A DNA stretch of 64,000 bases from Octopus vulgaris (GCA_951406725.2 OX597819.1:42160001-42224000); one strand, 5' to 3'. Positions 26,648 through 42,132 are shown, numbered from the stretch's first letter. The notes: generated by a model not told the origin, from the sequence alone. Translations and numbers: made by a program.

Positions 26648-27595
26648 AGCTGGAATATTGATTCTGCTGTTACATATTCTTGTTGTTATTGCAGCGATGG
26701 TATCAGCAACAATGGTGCCTTCCTTTCCTGTTTTTCTTGTGTGGGCAGAATGTTCGGAGGTGGTCAGTTTTTTAACAGACGGGAAATCTCAGTCGTCTGC
26801 TCTCCACAATTACACAATTACATTCGACAGAGAGAGGTCTGGGATCTTCTCCTAATGGTCGGGATTTACGTACAAGAAGACCTCTAGTGTGGTCGCAATC
26901 CAGTTCTCCAACCTCATTCTCTTAATGTCTTGGAGACTATCATTACCATCCAACACTACGCATGCCAGAACCCAGCAGAAATGTAGCTCTGGTGATTCTA
27001 ACGGTATTGTGGTCTTTATTGTCCTTCTCCCCAAATAAGTGGGGAAGAGAACTAAATCCGCGTTGGGGAGGATAACCACTGAGTGTTGTAATACGAGGGT
27101 CTCAGTCGTAAATACACCTCGATCCTACCGAATTGCCCTGCCCTAGATATAGGGTCGATCTTCTGCCAAATATTGCAGAGGGCTCTTTCTATTTGGCTGT
27201 TTTAGTTGTTCCTAGTCGACGAATTTTAACACTAATGCATCTAATGTAACCGTTTTTCAACATAAAGGCAACATAAAACACAGCATAAATAAACATGTAA
27301 ATTAATGAATTGGACTAGAGACAAAGGTTGTGTAGGAAGAGAAGAAGAAAAAGAAAAGAATAAAAAATAAGGCTGCGTATCCCCAGCTACTTTATTCTAA
27401 AAGGAAACAACAAAGGAAAGAAATAACAAGAAGAGCAGAAGAAGAAGAAGAAGAAGAAGAAGAAGAAGAAGAAGAAGAAGAAGAAGAAGAAGAAGAGAGA
27501 TCAGTTGCAGTCGGTGGGGTGGTGAAGAAAAGGTTGTAACAGAAAGTCAAGATTTCATTGAAACAAAACGAGTAATATATATGTGTGTGTGTGTG

Positions 27596-27665
<70 letters not shown>

Positions 27666-27680
27666 CATACATACATACAT

Positions 27681-27746
<66 letters not shown>

Positions 27747-27973
27747 GTATGTATGTATACACATATATATGTACTGAATAAAAAATGCATAAAAAAGCAT
27801 AAAGCCATTAGAAATACAAACGTAAAGAAAAGACAATACATTCGAAACAAAACAACTAGGAGTGGGGGAAACAGAGTATAGACATTAGACAAAAATTAGA
27901 CAAAAATAAAATGAAATCGTAACGCCATATGCATACCTACATAGAAACATACATAAATCTCCTACTCATAGGA

Positions 27974-28021
<48 letters not shown>

Positions 28022-28085
28022 CACTAAGTGCGAGCATATGCACATGTAAATAAATGTATAAATATGGTTACAACATGTATGTATG

Positions 28086-28119
<34 letters not shown>

Positions 28120-28125
28120 TGTATG

Positions 28126-28181
<56 letters not shown>

Positions 28182-28230
28182 TGCAGGAGTGGGTGTGTAT
28201 ATATATATATATATGTACATGTATGTATAT

Positions 28231-28469
28231 ATCACGTGATCACGTGACCGACCAGGCTATCAGATGTTGCTACACATCGCTGGTCACAATGCGCTTCGCA
28301 TTGTTTTAGCCTTCAAATGACGCCACCCTGCTGGCTAAGCGAGCAGGCCAACAGAAGAAAGAGTGAGAGAAAGTTGCGGCGAAAGAGTACAGCAGGGATC
28401 GCCACCACCCTCTGCCGGAGCCTCGTGGAGCTTTAGGTGTTTTCGCTCAATAAACACTCACAACGCCCG
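28231..28469 (-). mobile_element. Family C SINE variant with an alternative 3' tail
   Basis: Family C body down to ~28355, then an unrelated tail ending ...ggtcacgtgatcacgtgat. Confidence 0.75.
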
Positions 28470-28695
28470 TATGTATGTATGTATGTATGTATGTATGTAT
28501 GTATGTATGTATGTATGTATGTATGTATGTATGTATAGGCGCAGGAGGGTGTGGTAAGAAGCTTACTTCCCAGCCACATGGTTTGGAGTTCAGTCTCACC
28601 GCTCGGCATTTTGGGCAAGTGTCTTCTGCTGTAGACTCGGGCCAACCATCAAGGCTTTGTGAGTGGATCCGTTGTATACATACATACATACACAC

Positions 28696-28748
<53 letters not shown>

Positions 28749-28787
28749 CCTACATGCATGCAATTATATGTATATATACATGTAAGA

Positions 28788-28821
<34 letters not shown>

Positions 28822-29218
28822 AAGAATATATCCATACACACAAACAGACGCTCACACCTACTCACAGGCAAAATGTCCAATTGCTTAAACATGCGTAAAA
28901 AAGAAGAAAGAAATAGAGCAGTGTTAAGTATGGCTGTGTTGGTGGGGCTTGTTTGAAGAATATGATTTATCTAAAAATAAACTTCAGAAAATATTGTAAA
29001 CAAAATGCAGAGAGGAGTGCACAGAAGGAAGGGTGGTTGGAAGTGAACAAACTGGTGTTTTTCAGAATCTAAACCTAAAAACATATTAAAATACTTAAGC
29101 TGTAGGATTCAGAGAAATTAGGTAAAATGGTAAATGAAAGGTTTTTGGAAAGAAAAAGAAAGATAATATTACATTGAGTCTAATCATTAAAAGAACGGAA
29201 TGCAGATGATACAATATG

Positions 29219-29443
29219 TATTTCTTTACTACCCACAAGGGGCTAAACACAGAGAGGACAAACAAGGACAGACAAACGGATTAAGTCGATTATATCGACC
29301 CCAGTGCGTAACTGGTACTTATTTAATCGACCCCGAAAGGATGAAAGGCAAAGTCGACCTCGGCGGAATTTGAACTCAGAGCGTAGCGACAGACGAAATA
29401 CCACTAAGCATTTTGCCCTGCGTACTAACGTTTCTGCCAGCTC
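29219..29443 (-). mobile_element. tRNA-SINE family B
   Basis: TSD atacaatatg at 29209-29218 and 29444-29453. Confidence 0.9.
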
Positions 29444-30151
29444 ATACAATATGGTGTTACTTCAGATGGTGAGACGGTGTTTAAAATCGAATACATTTCT
29501 GTGGAGCAGGTCAGTAAAGCAGGTAGGAGGATTTCATTAGGCAGTAGTAGATTACAACGCAAGGACTTCGATGTGTGTCTGCAAGAATTCAAAAATTCAA
29601 ATTTGTGGTTCAAATTCACTCTGGAAAAGAATGAATAATTTCACGTTCAAACACAACGGACATCTCACTGAACCACAGCAGGAAGCGTATTTGTATGCTT
29701 TCTAATATTGACCAAGAGGAACTGAACCGCATTCTTTCAGATACTAAATATACTTTGATATAATCGAAGCAAACTTTTTATCTAGATGTTAAGTCTATTT
29801 TTATGCATTTATTTTCCATTAAGCATTGTATAACTTGTACTTAATACTGTTGCCAATCTGGACTTCCGCGCTGAATATACACCTTTGGCCATGAAACTGT
29901 CACCGACGTAAAAGTAACTAGGATCCTAACAAATTGAGTCATCGGAGACTTAAGCATTGAATTGGCTTACAAAGAGGAGACGTTCCAGTTATGTCCACTC
30001 AATGAACGAACAATACATTTACATATATATGAACACGCATACACACGCATACACGCACATACACACATATTTATCAAATCTGTCTGCCTGTCTGCTTGCA
30101 TGTTCTGTCTGTCATTGTATCTCTGTATCTCTGTATATACATATACATATA

Positions 30152-30481
30152 TTCTTTTACTTGTTTCAGTTATTTGACTGTGGCCATGCTAGAGCACCGC
30201 CTTTAGACGAAGAAATCGAGCCCAGGACTTATTCCTTGTAAGCCTAGTACTTCTTCTATCGCTCCCTTTTGTCGAACCTCTATGTTACAGGGACGTACAC
30301 ACAAAAACATCGGTTGTCAAGCGATGGTGGGGACAGTCAGTTTCTGTCTACCAAATCCACTCACAAGGCTTTGGTCGGCCCGAGGCTGTGTTAGAAGACA
30401 CTTGCCCAAGATGTCACGCAATGGGACTGAACCCGGCACAACGTGGCTGGGAAGCAAGCTTCTTACCACACAGCCACGCCT
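30152..30481 (-). mobile_element. tRNA-SINE family A lacking the internal microsatellite
   Basis: Head and tail halves joined at ~30335. Confidence 0.85.
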
Positions 30482-30485
30482 GTCA

Positions 30486-30551
<66 letters not shown>

Positions 30552-30670
30552 ACTTTCACTCTTAGTCACTTTAATGACGATCGTAGTTATGCTTTTTGGT
30601 TTTTAAATTGTGATTATCCACCTTAATAATTTACTTTTTCTGTGTGTGTGTATGTATGTGTGCGTGTGTG

Positions 30671-30715
<45 letters not shown>

Positions 30716-31143
30716 CACACACACGCATGTATGTAAGTATGCATGTTCGTATGTATATATTGCTCGCGTTGACACTTGGTAGACATTACGGCAACATCCA
30801 CAGCAATAGTGACAGCAACGACAATAACAACAATAACCTTGCTATCAAAATACCATGACATAGACGACGACGACCGCCGCCACCACCACCACCACCATTA
30901 CCACCATCACCACCACCACTGCCCCCACCGCCACTACCACCACCACCACCACCACCACCACTACATATAAACATGGGACAGCACTTTAGATAATGTAACC
31001 CTAGATAGACATTGTATCTGAAAACGACTGGGTGGTCATGGTTAGCAACAATGAAATCATACATTATTACAGAGTCAACATTTGTAAAAGAGGGGTTTAT
31101 TTAATTATGTGGAAACATACCCCCAGTATGTAACTGGTATATA

Positions 31144-31698
31144 TTGGGTTGTCCGGAAAATTCGTGCCGATTTATTGTAGCTCACCTTTCGACTTATTTT
31201 AGAAGATGGTTGAGTCCTTAAAATAGGATTTAACTACACCTCCATTTAGAGCACAGTTTAAGCTACCTTTTCGTGGAAGAAGGTTTATGTTCCTATAACC
31301 TGTGTTAATTCTGTAACCCTTCAAAATGGTAGATAAGAAAGTTCATTTTCGGCACTTGATGCCTTGGGAACCAGACAAAAATTGCTGCAGCTCGGCTGGG
31401 ATGTGTTACCCCACCCTCCATTTTCACCAGATATTGCTCCTTCGGATTTCTATTTATTCAGGTCTCTGCAGAATAGTCTTAATGGCAAAAATTTCAATTC
31501 TTTCGATGACGTAAAAAGATACCGTGATGAATTCCTTGCCATGAAACCACCTCACTCCTTGGAAGAGGGCATTTTCAAGTTAAAGGAAAAATGGAGACGC
31601 ATTGTGCAACAAAATGATTGATTAAAAATGTAATGGTAAGTATTTATTGACCTTTTTCTTTCCTTTAAAAATCGGCACAAACTTTCCGGACAACCCAA
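31144..31698 (+). mobile_element. Internally deleted mariner (555 bp)
   Basis: TA TSD; ~30-bp TIRs ttgggttgtccggaaa..t.gtgccgattt; MVDKKVHFRHLM fused to C-terminal LGWDVLPHPPFSPDIAPSDFYLFRSLQN. Confidence 0.93.
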
Positions 31699-31828
31699 TA
31701 TTTTAACGGTTGTGCAAAGACGAAAGACAATGTTAGTTCAAGTGAAAATCGAACTAATGACGTACAATGGACGCAAGTAAGACAAGGTGTTTATTGCAGA
31801 GTCTGTATTGTTTCGGCCATGTTAATAG

Positions 31829-32097
31829 AGATGACATCACTGCACTAACAGAATCCACATAGGACCTCCAGATACTGGTCAGCGAAGTTAGTTCTTCAGT
31901 CACAAATATAGGCCTGAACCACAGCACCAAGAAGACCCAAAACATACTGATTGAGATACCCTGCATCTCAGATGCATACATTAATCAGAAGGAAGTAGCA
32001 GTAGAAGACAGCTTAATCTGTCTTGGGAACTGCAAAGGGGACACGAGAAAAGGGCTTGATTGAAGGGTGGGAAAGAAGTCAGCCGCATTCAAACGGT
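31829..32097 (+). repeat. 269-bp near-identical duplicate of the RTE fragment at 34585-34853
   Basis: About 6 mismatches counted by eye; same inactivating stops. Confidence 0.92.
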
Positions 32098-32789
32098 ACT
32101 GTAGCATCACCAACAACAGCCGTCTGTATTATCAGCATAGAGAACCTCAACAAATACAGCAACAAAAACTCCATCGACACTGAAAAAGTTAACAACGAAC
32201 AATAATTTTACAATCCAGAGCAGCGGAATCTAAAAGTACAGTAACAACAACAACAACAACAACAACAACAGATGCATTAACGACAGCAACAGCAAGAACA
32301 GAAACGAAAAGAACAAGAGCAAAAACAACAACTGAGACGAGAGTCACAATAAAAACACCAAGAAGAGCAATACTAACAGCTGCAGTAATAGGAAATACAA
32401 CAACAGCAACAACTGGAATTAAAACAACAACAACAACAGTAACAGTAGCAGTAGTAGCAGCAGCAGCAGTGACAACAAATGAAGTAACGAGAACAACGAC
32501 AACAACAATAGCAACACTAAGCACCCTAAAGAATACTAACAAGATATTTCGGCTAAAAACCCCAAACCCCAAACCCCTAACCCTTTTGTGACAACAACAA
32601 TACAACAAAACATCAGCTCCCTATTCACGTGATCCCTAGCAAAAATGAAGAAATAAAGAATGAGGGAATGAAAAAGGGTGGGATGAGGGTGGGCGAAAAA
32701 GCCGGGAAAGTTTGTAGCTTTTGACGAAATGACACACAAAATAAAGTCATTGACGTCATCAGAGACAGTTAATGAAGAGAACAGCAGTT

Positions 32790-32805
32790 GGTGTATATAT
32801 ATGTG

Positions 32806-32890
<85 letters not shown>

Positions 32891-33054
32891 ATGTATATGT
32901 ATATATATATATATATGTATATATATATGTATATGTATATATATATATATGTATATATATGTATGTATATGTATATATATATATATATATGTATATGTAT
33001 ATATATATGTATATGTGTGTATATATATATATATACATATATATATATAGATAT

Positions 33055-33119
<65 letters not shown>

Positions 33120-33210
33120 TATAATATATATATATATATATGTATATACATGTATATGTGTGTGTGTATACATATATATGTATATGTTTATATATATATG
33201 TATATGTGTG

Positions 33211-33288
<78 letters not shown>

Positions 33289-33616
33289 CATATATATATA
33301 TATATATATATCGGTCTATATACTGTGGTAGCGTATAGAACGTAGGGTGAAGTGGTGTTTACATTGGGTGAAAGAACAAACTGTGCATACGTATATGTAT
33401 ATCTATATATGTAAATATAAACACCCACGCATACACGAATATATGTGTGTGTGTATATTACCAGAAGCTTTCTCTCTCTTTCTCTTTTCTGCTCATACAC
33501 ACGTACACATACATAAGTACGCAGCCATGCAAACATACGTGCGTGCACGTGTATTATGTATACACGCATACACACACACACAGACACACACATACACACA
33601 CACACGCACACACACA

Positions 33617-33654
<38 letters not shown>

Positions 33655-33680
33655 CACACACACATACACACACAAGTATA
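32790..33680. repeat. Long compound (TA/TATG/CA)n microsatellite block
   Basis: Read directly. Confidence 0.9.
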
Positions 33681-34279
33681 AAGAGAAATGATGTGAACAA
33701 AAGGAGCAAACAGGGTGCTCAATAGAACACAAGAAGTGTTACGTAATCTATTTTGAATGGAAACTGGAATTTCACAAATTTTGGCACCGAATTTCTGATC
33801 TTCGGACGGGATTGGAAAATTATTTGACAACCAGAAACAACTAAACCGGGTGTAATTTGAAGGAGATTTAGCTGTTATTTCTAGCATACAAGTCATGTGC
33901 AAAGACGTTGTTTCTAATTGGCCAGTTATTGCGACTGGATCCTCAAAAACCAGGAAGTGACCTCTATGGTATGCCAGTGTCGTTCACTTTAGCACTTTTC
34001 AGTGAAAGGTCACAACTTATTTCACCACCATCTTTGCATTAAATTTGTCCAAATGTAATTTTCTTCTAAACGCTTAAATAATGGGAGGATATGTTTACAT
34101 TATAACTCAAACATTTCAATTTACTTCCGCAGACGTCACTTCCGGTTGTCATTTTGCATAAACATGGGAAATCTAGCAAAAACTTGATCGTTCATTATTT
34201 GCTACAGCTGTATGACGTCACGGTTCTACTGACCTATGACGTTACTGGCTATGTATGCTTGCAAGTATGTCTGCATATA

Positions 34280-35311
34280 TGTGTCAGGTCACTCTTAGTA
34301 CTTCTGGTAACATGTAACGCAGTACAACCTGTCACATGGTCGGGCCATCGGTGACAAAACCAGCAACTTTGCCAAGCCTTCTTGGTGAGGAGGGTGATTT
34401 TCGTTCGACACTCAGCAAGGCGTAAAAACAAAATCTGTCAAAGTACGAATGAACTCTGCAGAGTCAACGGCCACACGACAGCTAAAAGCGAGAAGCCTTT
34501 AGTTATTGTTCAGACATTTCTCTTGGAGAGGTCAAGGGATTAAGCGGGTTGACAGGAGAAAAAGTTGGCTGACCTAGATTTTGCAGATGACATCACTGCA
34601 CTAGCAGAATCCACATAGGACCTCCAGATACTGGTCAGCGAAGTTAGTACTTCAGCCACAAATATAGGCCTGAACCACAGCACCAAGAAGACCCAAAACA
34701 TACTGATTGAGATACCCTGCATCTCAGATGCATACATTAATCAGAAGGAAGTAGCAGTAGAAGACAGCTTCATCTGTCTTGGGAACTGCAAAGGGGACAC
34801 GAGAAAAGGGCTTGATTGAAGGTTGGTAAAGAAGTCAGCCGCATTCAAACGGTTTAGTAAAATCTGAAGGGCAAAGAATCTTCTCTAAAAACCAAAATGC
34901 ATCGTATTTTCCACCCTTCTATATAGCTGCAAAGCATGGCACGTGAAAGTCATTCAAGAAATTGGACAGCAGATGCCCCCAGAAAATGTTTGGCATCAAA
35001 TGGAACGACTCTGTCAGTAAAGAGGAGGTCAGAAGAAGCAAAGCCTAATGTCCATCACTATTTGTAAACGCCGACTGACTTGTTCGGGACTAGTCGTAAG
35101 ATTTCCGATGAACAAACTCACCATTCAAATCCTAAAATAGAAACTCCAGAGACACTGGCGAAGAGGATTCCTAAGATGAACTGGCTCTAGACGATCGACA
35201 AGGACCTTCAGCTGGTACATCTATAAAAGAACAATGCCTTGAGAGTGGCTGTGGACCGATCCAGCGGGAGTATTTCGACTACCTCATGCTGGAGCACCGA
35301 AGTCTAAGTAA
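34280..35311 (+). mobile_element. Internally deleted RTE-clade LINE: 5' head fused to RT C-terminus and tail
   Basis: Head homologous to 56272-56465; KLADLDFADDITALAES RT motif at ~34562; decayed ORF; ends aagtctaagta. Confidence 0.75.
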
Positions 35312-35540
35312 AACGCTACATTTCAACGTCGTCCTCAAATTTAATGTCCATGCACGCGAAGCCAAAGTACAGTAATTTAGTTCCGGAAATGAATTTAACA
35401 CGAGTGACAACTTACAAAATCACTGCCCTATTATAAGCAAAAATCTAATCTATCACTGCTTGACCTTAGTTATTGACACAAACTTTAGCACGTGGCTTCG
35501 GCCAAACTCATGTGCGATTTCTTGTGCATTGTATATAACC

Positions 35541-35778
35541 TATTTCTTTATTACCCACAAGGGGCTAAACACAGAGGGGACAAACAAGGATAGACATAGG
35601 TATTAAGTCGATTACATCGACCCCAGTGCGTAACTGGTACTTAATTCATCGACCCCGAAAGGATGAAAGGCAAAATCGACCTCGGCGGAATTTGAACTCA
35701 CAACGTAACGGCAGACGAAATACGGCTACGCATTTCGCCCGGCGTGCTAACGTTTCTGCCAGCTCGCCGCCTCTTATA
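35541..35778 (-). mobile_element. tRNA-SINE family B, full length
   Basis: 16-bp TSD tgcattgtatataacc (35525-35540, 35779-35794). Confidence 0.93.
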
Positions 35779-36121
35779 TGCATTGTATATAACCGTGTAG
35801 CTCTCCCAGCGGACATTTATCTTTATATTCCGATTTACAGATGTATTTCAGATATGTTTTCCCTCACATACACATAGATTGACTCTCTGGTCGCCTCCGA
35901 GTTTACACATGTCTGTTTATAAACGTGGGTAGATTGTGAGATTCATAAATGACACTCATAGCTAGAATTAACGTTTAAGCATGTACACACCCACACACCC
36001 ACTCACATACGTATGCACACACACACATGCACACATGAATCAGGATGTTACCTAATGCTTTCGGTGCAGTGAACGTCTGTATTGCATGTATGGAAATAAC
36101 CACAAATTTTGACAATGTCAT

Positions 36122-36187
<66 letters not shown>

Positions 36188-36201
36188 CACCACCACCACC
36201 A

Positions 36202-36424
36202 CTCTTATACTCTTTTACTTGTTTCAGTCATTTGACTGCGGCTATGCTGGAACACCGCCTTTAGTCGAAGAAATCGACCCCTTGACTTATTCTTTGTAAG
36301 CCTAGTACTTCTTCTGTCGGCCTATTTTGCTGAACCGCTAAGTTACGGGGACGTAAACACACCAGCGATGTTGTAGGACAAACACAAACACACAAACACA
36401 CAAACATACACACACATACAAACA

Positions 36425-36458
<34 letters not shown>

Positions 36459-36620
36459 CCACGGGCTTCTTTCAGTTTCCGTCTACCAAATCCACTTACA
36501 AGGTTTTGGTCGGCCCGAGGCTATAGCAGAAGACATTTTCCCAAAGTGCCACGCAGTGGGACCGAACTCAGAACCATGTGGTTGGTAAGCAACTACTTAC
36601 CACACAGCCATCCCTGCACC
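36202..36620 (-). mobile_element. tRNA-SINE family A
   Basis: Homology to 46236. Confidence 0.88.
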
Positions 36621-36637
36621 GATATTATTATTATTAT

Positions 36638-36704
<67 letters not shown>

Positions 36705-38158
36705 TCGATGTTGTATGTTGCTGTTATTGTCGTTGTTGTGATTGTGGCTAAGAAGCAATTTAACATATCAAATTAAAAGTTTTTGGAAGTTAATATTTAA
36801 ATAGAAGACAAATTCTACAGATTCTTCGGTCGTCTGCCTAATGGTGCCTTGCCCCTATTTACCAATAGAGATTTCCATACCACTCGGGGTGGTGGGGTAC
36901 ATTCGTTTTGTGAAACACTGGTATAGAACAGCTATATGTGCAGCATCAAGAAGTTAGATGTTTCCTACTGGAAGATCTTTGATCATGGATCTGCTCGAAA
37001 AGGTTGACTTGTGTTTAGACAGCACCAAAATCTATAACCACCAGCACTAGTCAAAGAAGAAGTCGTTCCACGTATTAGAAATAGCAGCCAAATATTGCTT
37101 AAATCACAGTATCTTCTCAAAAAGAGAAAGTGGCACCTGCATACAGGATTATATTCTGCTGGATACATTATGCATTAAAGATGGGATGGTCATAGCTGGA
37201 ACAAATCTGATTACCTGTTTTCTTAACAAGGATTGGCCTAGCGCTAAACAGCAACAGCAACGGTAACTAAAACGGACATTAGATCTGCTCGAAATAATAG
37301 CTAAATCTTTCTCTAGTCAGATCTGAGTGACTTAAAGTATAGGAAGGGCACATTGGAAAATATTGTGCCTGATCTACGGAGTGGTCATATCAAGAATATC
37401 ATTAAATGTCTGCCTTCTGACCCGAGGAGACACAACAACAACAATTCAAGCAGTAAATTTGTTGGACGTGGGGTAGTTGGTGGAAAGGCCAATGGCTACC
37501 TGAGGGGTACTTCTGGAAGAAGGTCACTGACGGACATCCCAATGGCCTCAGGGTAGATGAGGCTCTTCAACGCTTTAGTTGCTCATCTAAGTGAAGGTTT
37601 CCATACAAATCATGTATTTTGATAACTACAGGGCTCGCAACACTTGTTGTATCAGAGCAATACGAGATTGAAGGACAAGAAAGTGGAATTAGCTTTGCAC
37701 AAACCATACCCTCTATAATAATAAACTCTAACTGCTTTACGGGGGTAATCACTGAAAAATATAAAGGGAGGGAACCTCGACAGAAAGTCCAAAATGAGGA
37801 ACCCTAATGCAGATATGTAAGGTTATATGTAACTAATATCTGTAAGGTTATACTTAACCAATTCCCAATCAGTTCCATGGATGCTGTGAACATATTCGCT
37901 GGTCTTTGCTTTGCGTCATATCCACGAGGGGAGAGATGGAATGTGTACTTGGGGTGAGGCACTTGTTTCAAAAACAGTCCAAGAACAGCAGAGGTGGTTA
38001 AGCAACTGTCTCTGAAATATCATCGACCAACGACGAAAAAGAACAACCACCTGAGTGATTGCTCAGCAGACTAACCGGGTGTATACTATACTCGAGGGCC
38101 ACCCGGGAAACTACCATGATTGCCAGCGGATGAAATTACATAAATTACGTAGATTAAA

Positions 38159-38200
<42 letters not shown>

Positions 38201-38305
38201 CACGCACACACACACACACACACATGAAACAAACGTGTACAGGTATATATCCAAACGTATGCATGTATTATCTGTTTGTCTGTCTATCTATCTATTTGTC
38301 TGTCA

Positions 38306-38454
<149 letters not shown>

Positions 38455-38714
38455 CACACGTACATTAAATTTTAAAAGTAAAAGTTTGACAGGACTTCAT
38501 TAGACAGGATGAAGAATGTGAGCAAGCCGAAATTTCGAAGTCACTGACAATTTTTTTCCTGGTAAAAGTTAACAACTTTAAGCTTGAGTAAAAAATATCA
38601 ATTCCCCAGTTGAACGGTAAATTGTTTTTATAAGACGACATAAAAACAAACATAAAATTGTGCAAATACACATGCACACACACGTGCACACACACGTGCA
38701 CACATACGCACACA

Positions 38715-38750
<36 letters not shown>

Positions 38751-39733
38751 AGCCTGCACCATCCACATACACATGCGCGCGTGCACTCACACACACGCGC
38801 ACACATATACACACACATACACACACACGCACATGTCCCAAATCGCAAATCTCTGAGAGTTCTTAACTCTGTTCTACATTTGTGCGCGTATGTGGGTATA
38901 CGTGTGTGCGTGTGTGTGTGTTTGTGTGTGTGCATGTGTGTGTGTGTGCGTGTATGTGCATGTCTGTATGCAATTTTTTGAATAGTTATGTGAACGTATG
39001 CATGTGCTCCTGTGTATTTGTGCGTGTATGTATGCGTATGTTCTTCCTTATAAAGCTATGGCTATGTGTGTAGGTGTGCGTGTGTGTGTGTGTATGTGTG
39101 TGTAAAATAACCCGCTCCACCCACAAGACAACAGCAACAATAAGATCAACACCATCACCACCACCATCGGCAACAGTAACAACAACAACAACAACAACAA
39201 GATCAAATAGAAAATGTAACATAAAGCTTGAGAGAGAAGAGCCAGTTTCAGTCAGTTAAATCGTTTTCCTTGTATGCCACTTGAAAATTAAAACGACAAA
39301 AAATACCCCCCCCCCAAAAAAGCAAGTAACAAAAGGAAAACACACTCACACACACAAACATACCCTTCCCCTCCATACACACATACACACATGCACACAA
39401 AACTCTCAGAAAATTCAGAAAGTTAAATGGATAAAAATAAAAAAAAACTTTTAAAAATGAAAACGAAACAAAATGATGGAAAACAAAAGGAAAAGACGTC
39501 AAGCCTCTTTTTGTTAATCTATTGCAGCTAAGAATTTCAAATTATATTACTTCCGGTTCCGGTTGACAGCTCATCAAAGTAGGACAGTTGTCTGCGTCTT
39601 GAATTGTTCTCCACTCTTCGAAATGATTGACATTTCTTGGAAATCATTGCACTGGCCACATGCAGCAACAGTTTGACGGTCTGGCAGACAATATCGCCTC
39701 TCACTTCATTCCCTCGCTGTATACGCACGCACA

Positions 39734-39798
<65 letters not shown>

Positions 39799-40304
39799 AC
39801 ACACATATGCATGCATACATACGTACGTACATACATACATGCATACATACATACATACATACATACATACATACATACATACATACATACATACATACAT
39901 ACATACATACATACATACATACGTGCATATATATATATATGTACTGTCGTTACTGTCCTGTTTTTGTTACCATTTTTACCCCTCCGCAAAAAGATCTCAA
40001 ATTTTATTTTATTTGTTTTTCGCGGGAAGGAATGTTTCAATCGAAGATGCATCTCGCCTTCACCTTCAAAACGCAGAGTATATGAAACCATGGCGACTGA
40101 AGAAGGGGAATTTTCCTTGTGTTATTTGTCCTGTACTCTATTTTTTCGTTGTTTAGAAAAATGTCCAGTTCCTTGGTTTTGTGTTTATGTTTTCGTTTCT
40201 CATTGTGTTCGACGTTTTTTGGTGTCCTGTACCCATATATGCATGTATATATACATGTAGATGTAGGTACGTACATATTATGTATGTATATATGCATATA
40301 ATTT

Positions 40305-40350
<46 letters not shown>

Positions 40351-40375
40351 ACACACATTTATAAATCGACCCACA

Positions 40376-41607
40376 CATCACTTAAGTTCTGTCCGATTTC
40401 ACCTTTTTTAAAATTAAATGAAATTTAATAGTATTTTAGAATGTCTAATGGAATTAAAAATTATTTTTATGCATTTGTGTATATTTAAACTAATTAAATA
40501 TTATTTTACAGAATAATAGAATTAAAATTTCTTTGATTAAAACCCTTTCTAACTTGGAAGTATCCAAAGAGTATTTAAGGCACATAATGCTTTATGAGTA
40601 CAAAAACTGTAACTCCGCACCCGAAGCGACTCGAAACATACACTCAGTTTATGGGAAAGAATGCTTGAATAAAAGAACTTGCAGAAGATGGTCTGCAAAA
40701 TTCAGAAGTGGAGATTTCGGCCTTGCAAATGAAGATCGAACAGGACGTCCAGTTGAGTTTGATGATAAGCTCCTTGAGGAATTACTAGAAGAAAATCCTG
40801 CATTATAAGTTGAAGAATTAGCAATAAAGCTTAGTTCAAACCATGCAACTGTTCATCATCTTCAACAACTCGGAAAGGTTCCTAAACTTGGAAAATGGGT
40901 GCCTAATGAATTATCCGAAAGCAACCGCAAATCCCGAGGTGACATCTGCTCTCCATTATCTCCATTCTCTCGAACTCATTTCACCCTTTTTGGATACACT
41001 TGTGGCTGGTAACGAAAAATGGATCGTCTATCGAAATGTTAACGTCGTAAACAGTGGCTTGGTAAAAGGGAAAAAGCTCAACCACAACCGAGAAAGGAAC
41101 TTCGTGGGAAAAAGGTTCTCTCTATCTTGTGGGATTGCAAAAGAGTAATTCACTTTGAATTGGTCCCACCTAATGCAACAATCAATGCTCAAGTCTTTTG
41201 TCAGCAATTAGAGCGTTTGAACCAAGCTTTGAAGAAAAAAGTCCCGCTTTAGTGAATCGAAAATGTTTCATCAGGACAATGTGCGACCCCACTCTGCAAA
41301 GATCACATCAGAGAAGATCGAAGAGCATTGTTGGGAAAAAATTCCTCATACACCTTATCCTCACGACCTTGCTCCTTCATACTACGATTTGTTTCGCTAG
41401 GTGGAGGTCGAAACTGACATATCAGAGTACTTCGCTTTGAAACCAAAAGAGTTTTACATTGATGGGATTAAAAAGCTTGTAAACAGATGGAAGGAAGTCA
41501 TAGATAATCAGAGAAAGTACATTGATGATTAAATTTCAATTAAATATAACATATTATCACTTGTTTTCTTTATTCAAAATTCGAACATAACTAATGGGAT
41601 GACCTGA
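40376..41607 (+). mobile_element. Decayed mariner, copy 1 of a family also present at 47865
   Basis: HIMLYEYK...RRWSAKFRSGDF...RTGRPVEFDD, GKWVPNEL, HQDNVRPH, DLAPS; 3' TIR ...atgggatgacctga-TA. Confidence 0.92.
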
Positions 41608-41678
41608 TACATGCTTTTTCGACTCAAATGCTCATATGTTGGTGCATATAAGATAACACAGTATCCTATACATATATA

Positions 41679-41898
41679 TTCTTTTATTTGTTTCAGTTAT
41701 TTGACTGTGACCATGCTGGAGCACCGCCTAAAGTTGAGCAAACCGACCTCAGGGCTTATTTTTTGTAAGCCTAGTACTTATTCTATCGGTCACCTTTGCC
41801 GAACCGCAAAGCTACGGGGACGTAAGCACACCAGCATCGGTTGTCATGCGACGTTGGGGGAACAAACACACACACGCCAACACACACACACACACACA

Positions 41899-41964
<66 letters not shown>

Positions 41965-42126
41965 CGAGGAGCTCTTTCAGCTTTTGTCTATCAAATTCAC
42001 TCACAAAGCTTTGGTCGGCTCGAGGCTATAGTAGAAGACACTTGCCCAAGGAGTCACGTAGTGAGACTGAACTCGGAAGTATGTGGTTCATAAGCAAGCT
42101 ACTCACCACACAGCCACTCCTGCGCC
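41679..42126 (-). mobile_element. tRNA-SINE family A
   Basis: Homology to 46236. Confidence 0.9.
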
Positions 42127-42132
42127 TATATA

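Noticed and set aside
26650-27240. Coding-like stretch on the minus strand (ORF 26852-27079)
   Set aside because: Possibly a retroelement relic, but no motif I can name.
32556-32584. Telomere-like CCCCAAA/CCCTAA run
   Set aside because: Only 3-4 imperfect units.
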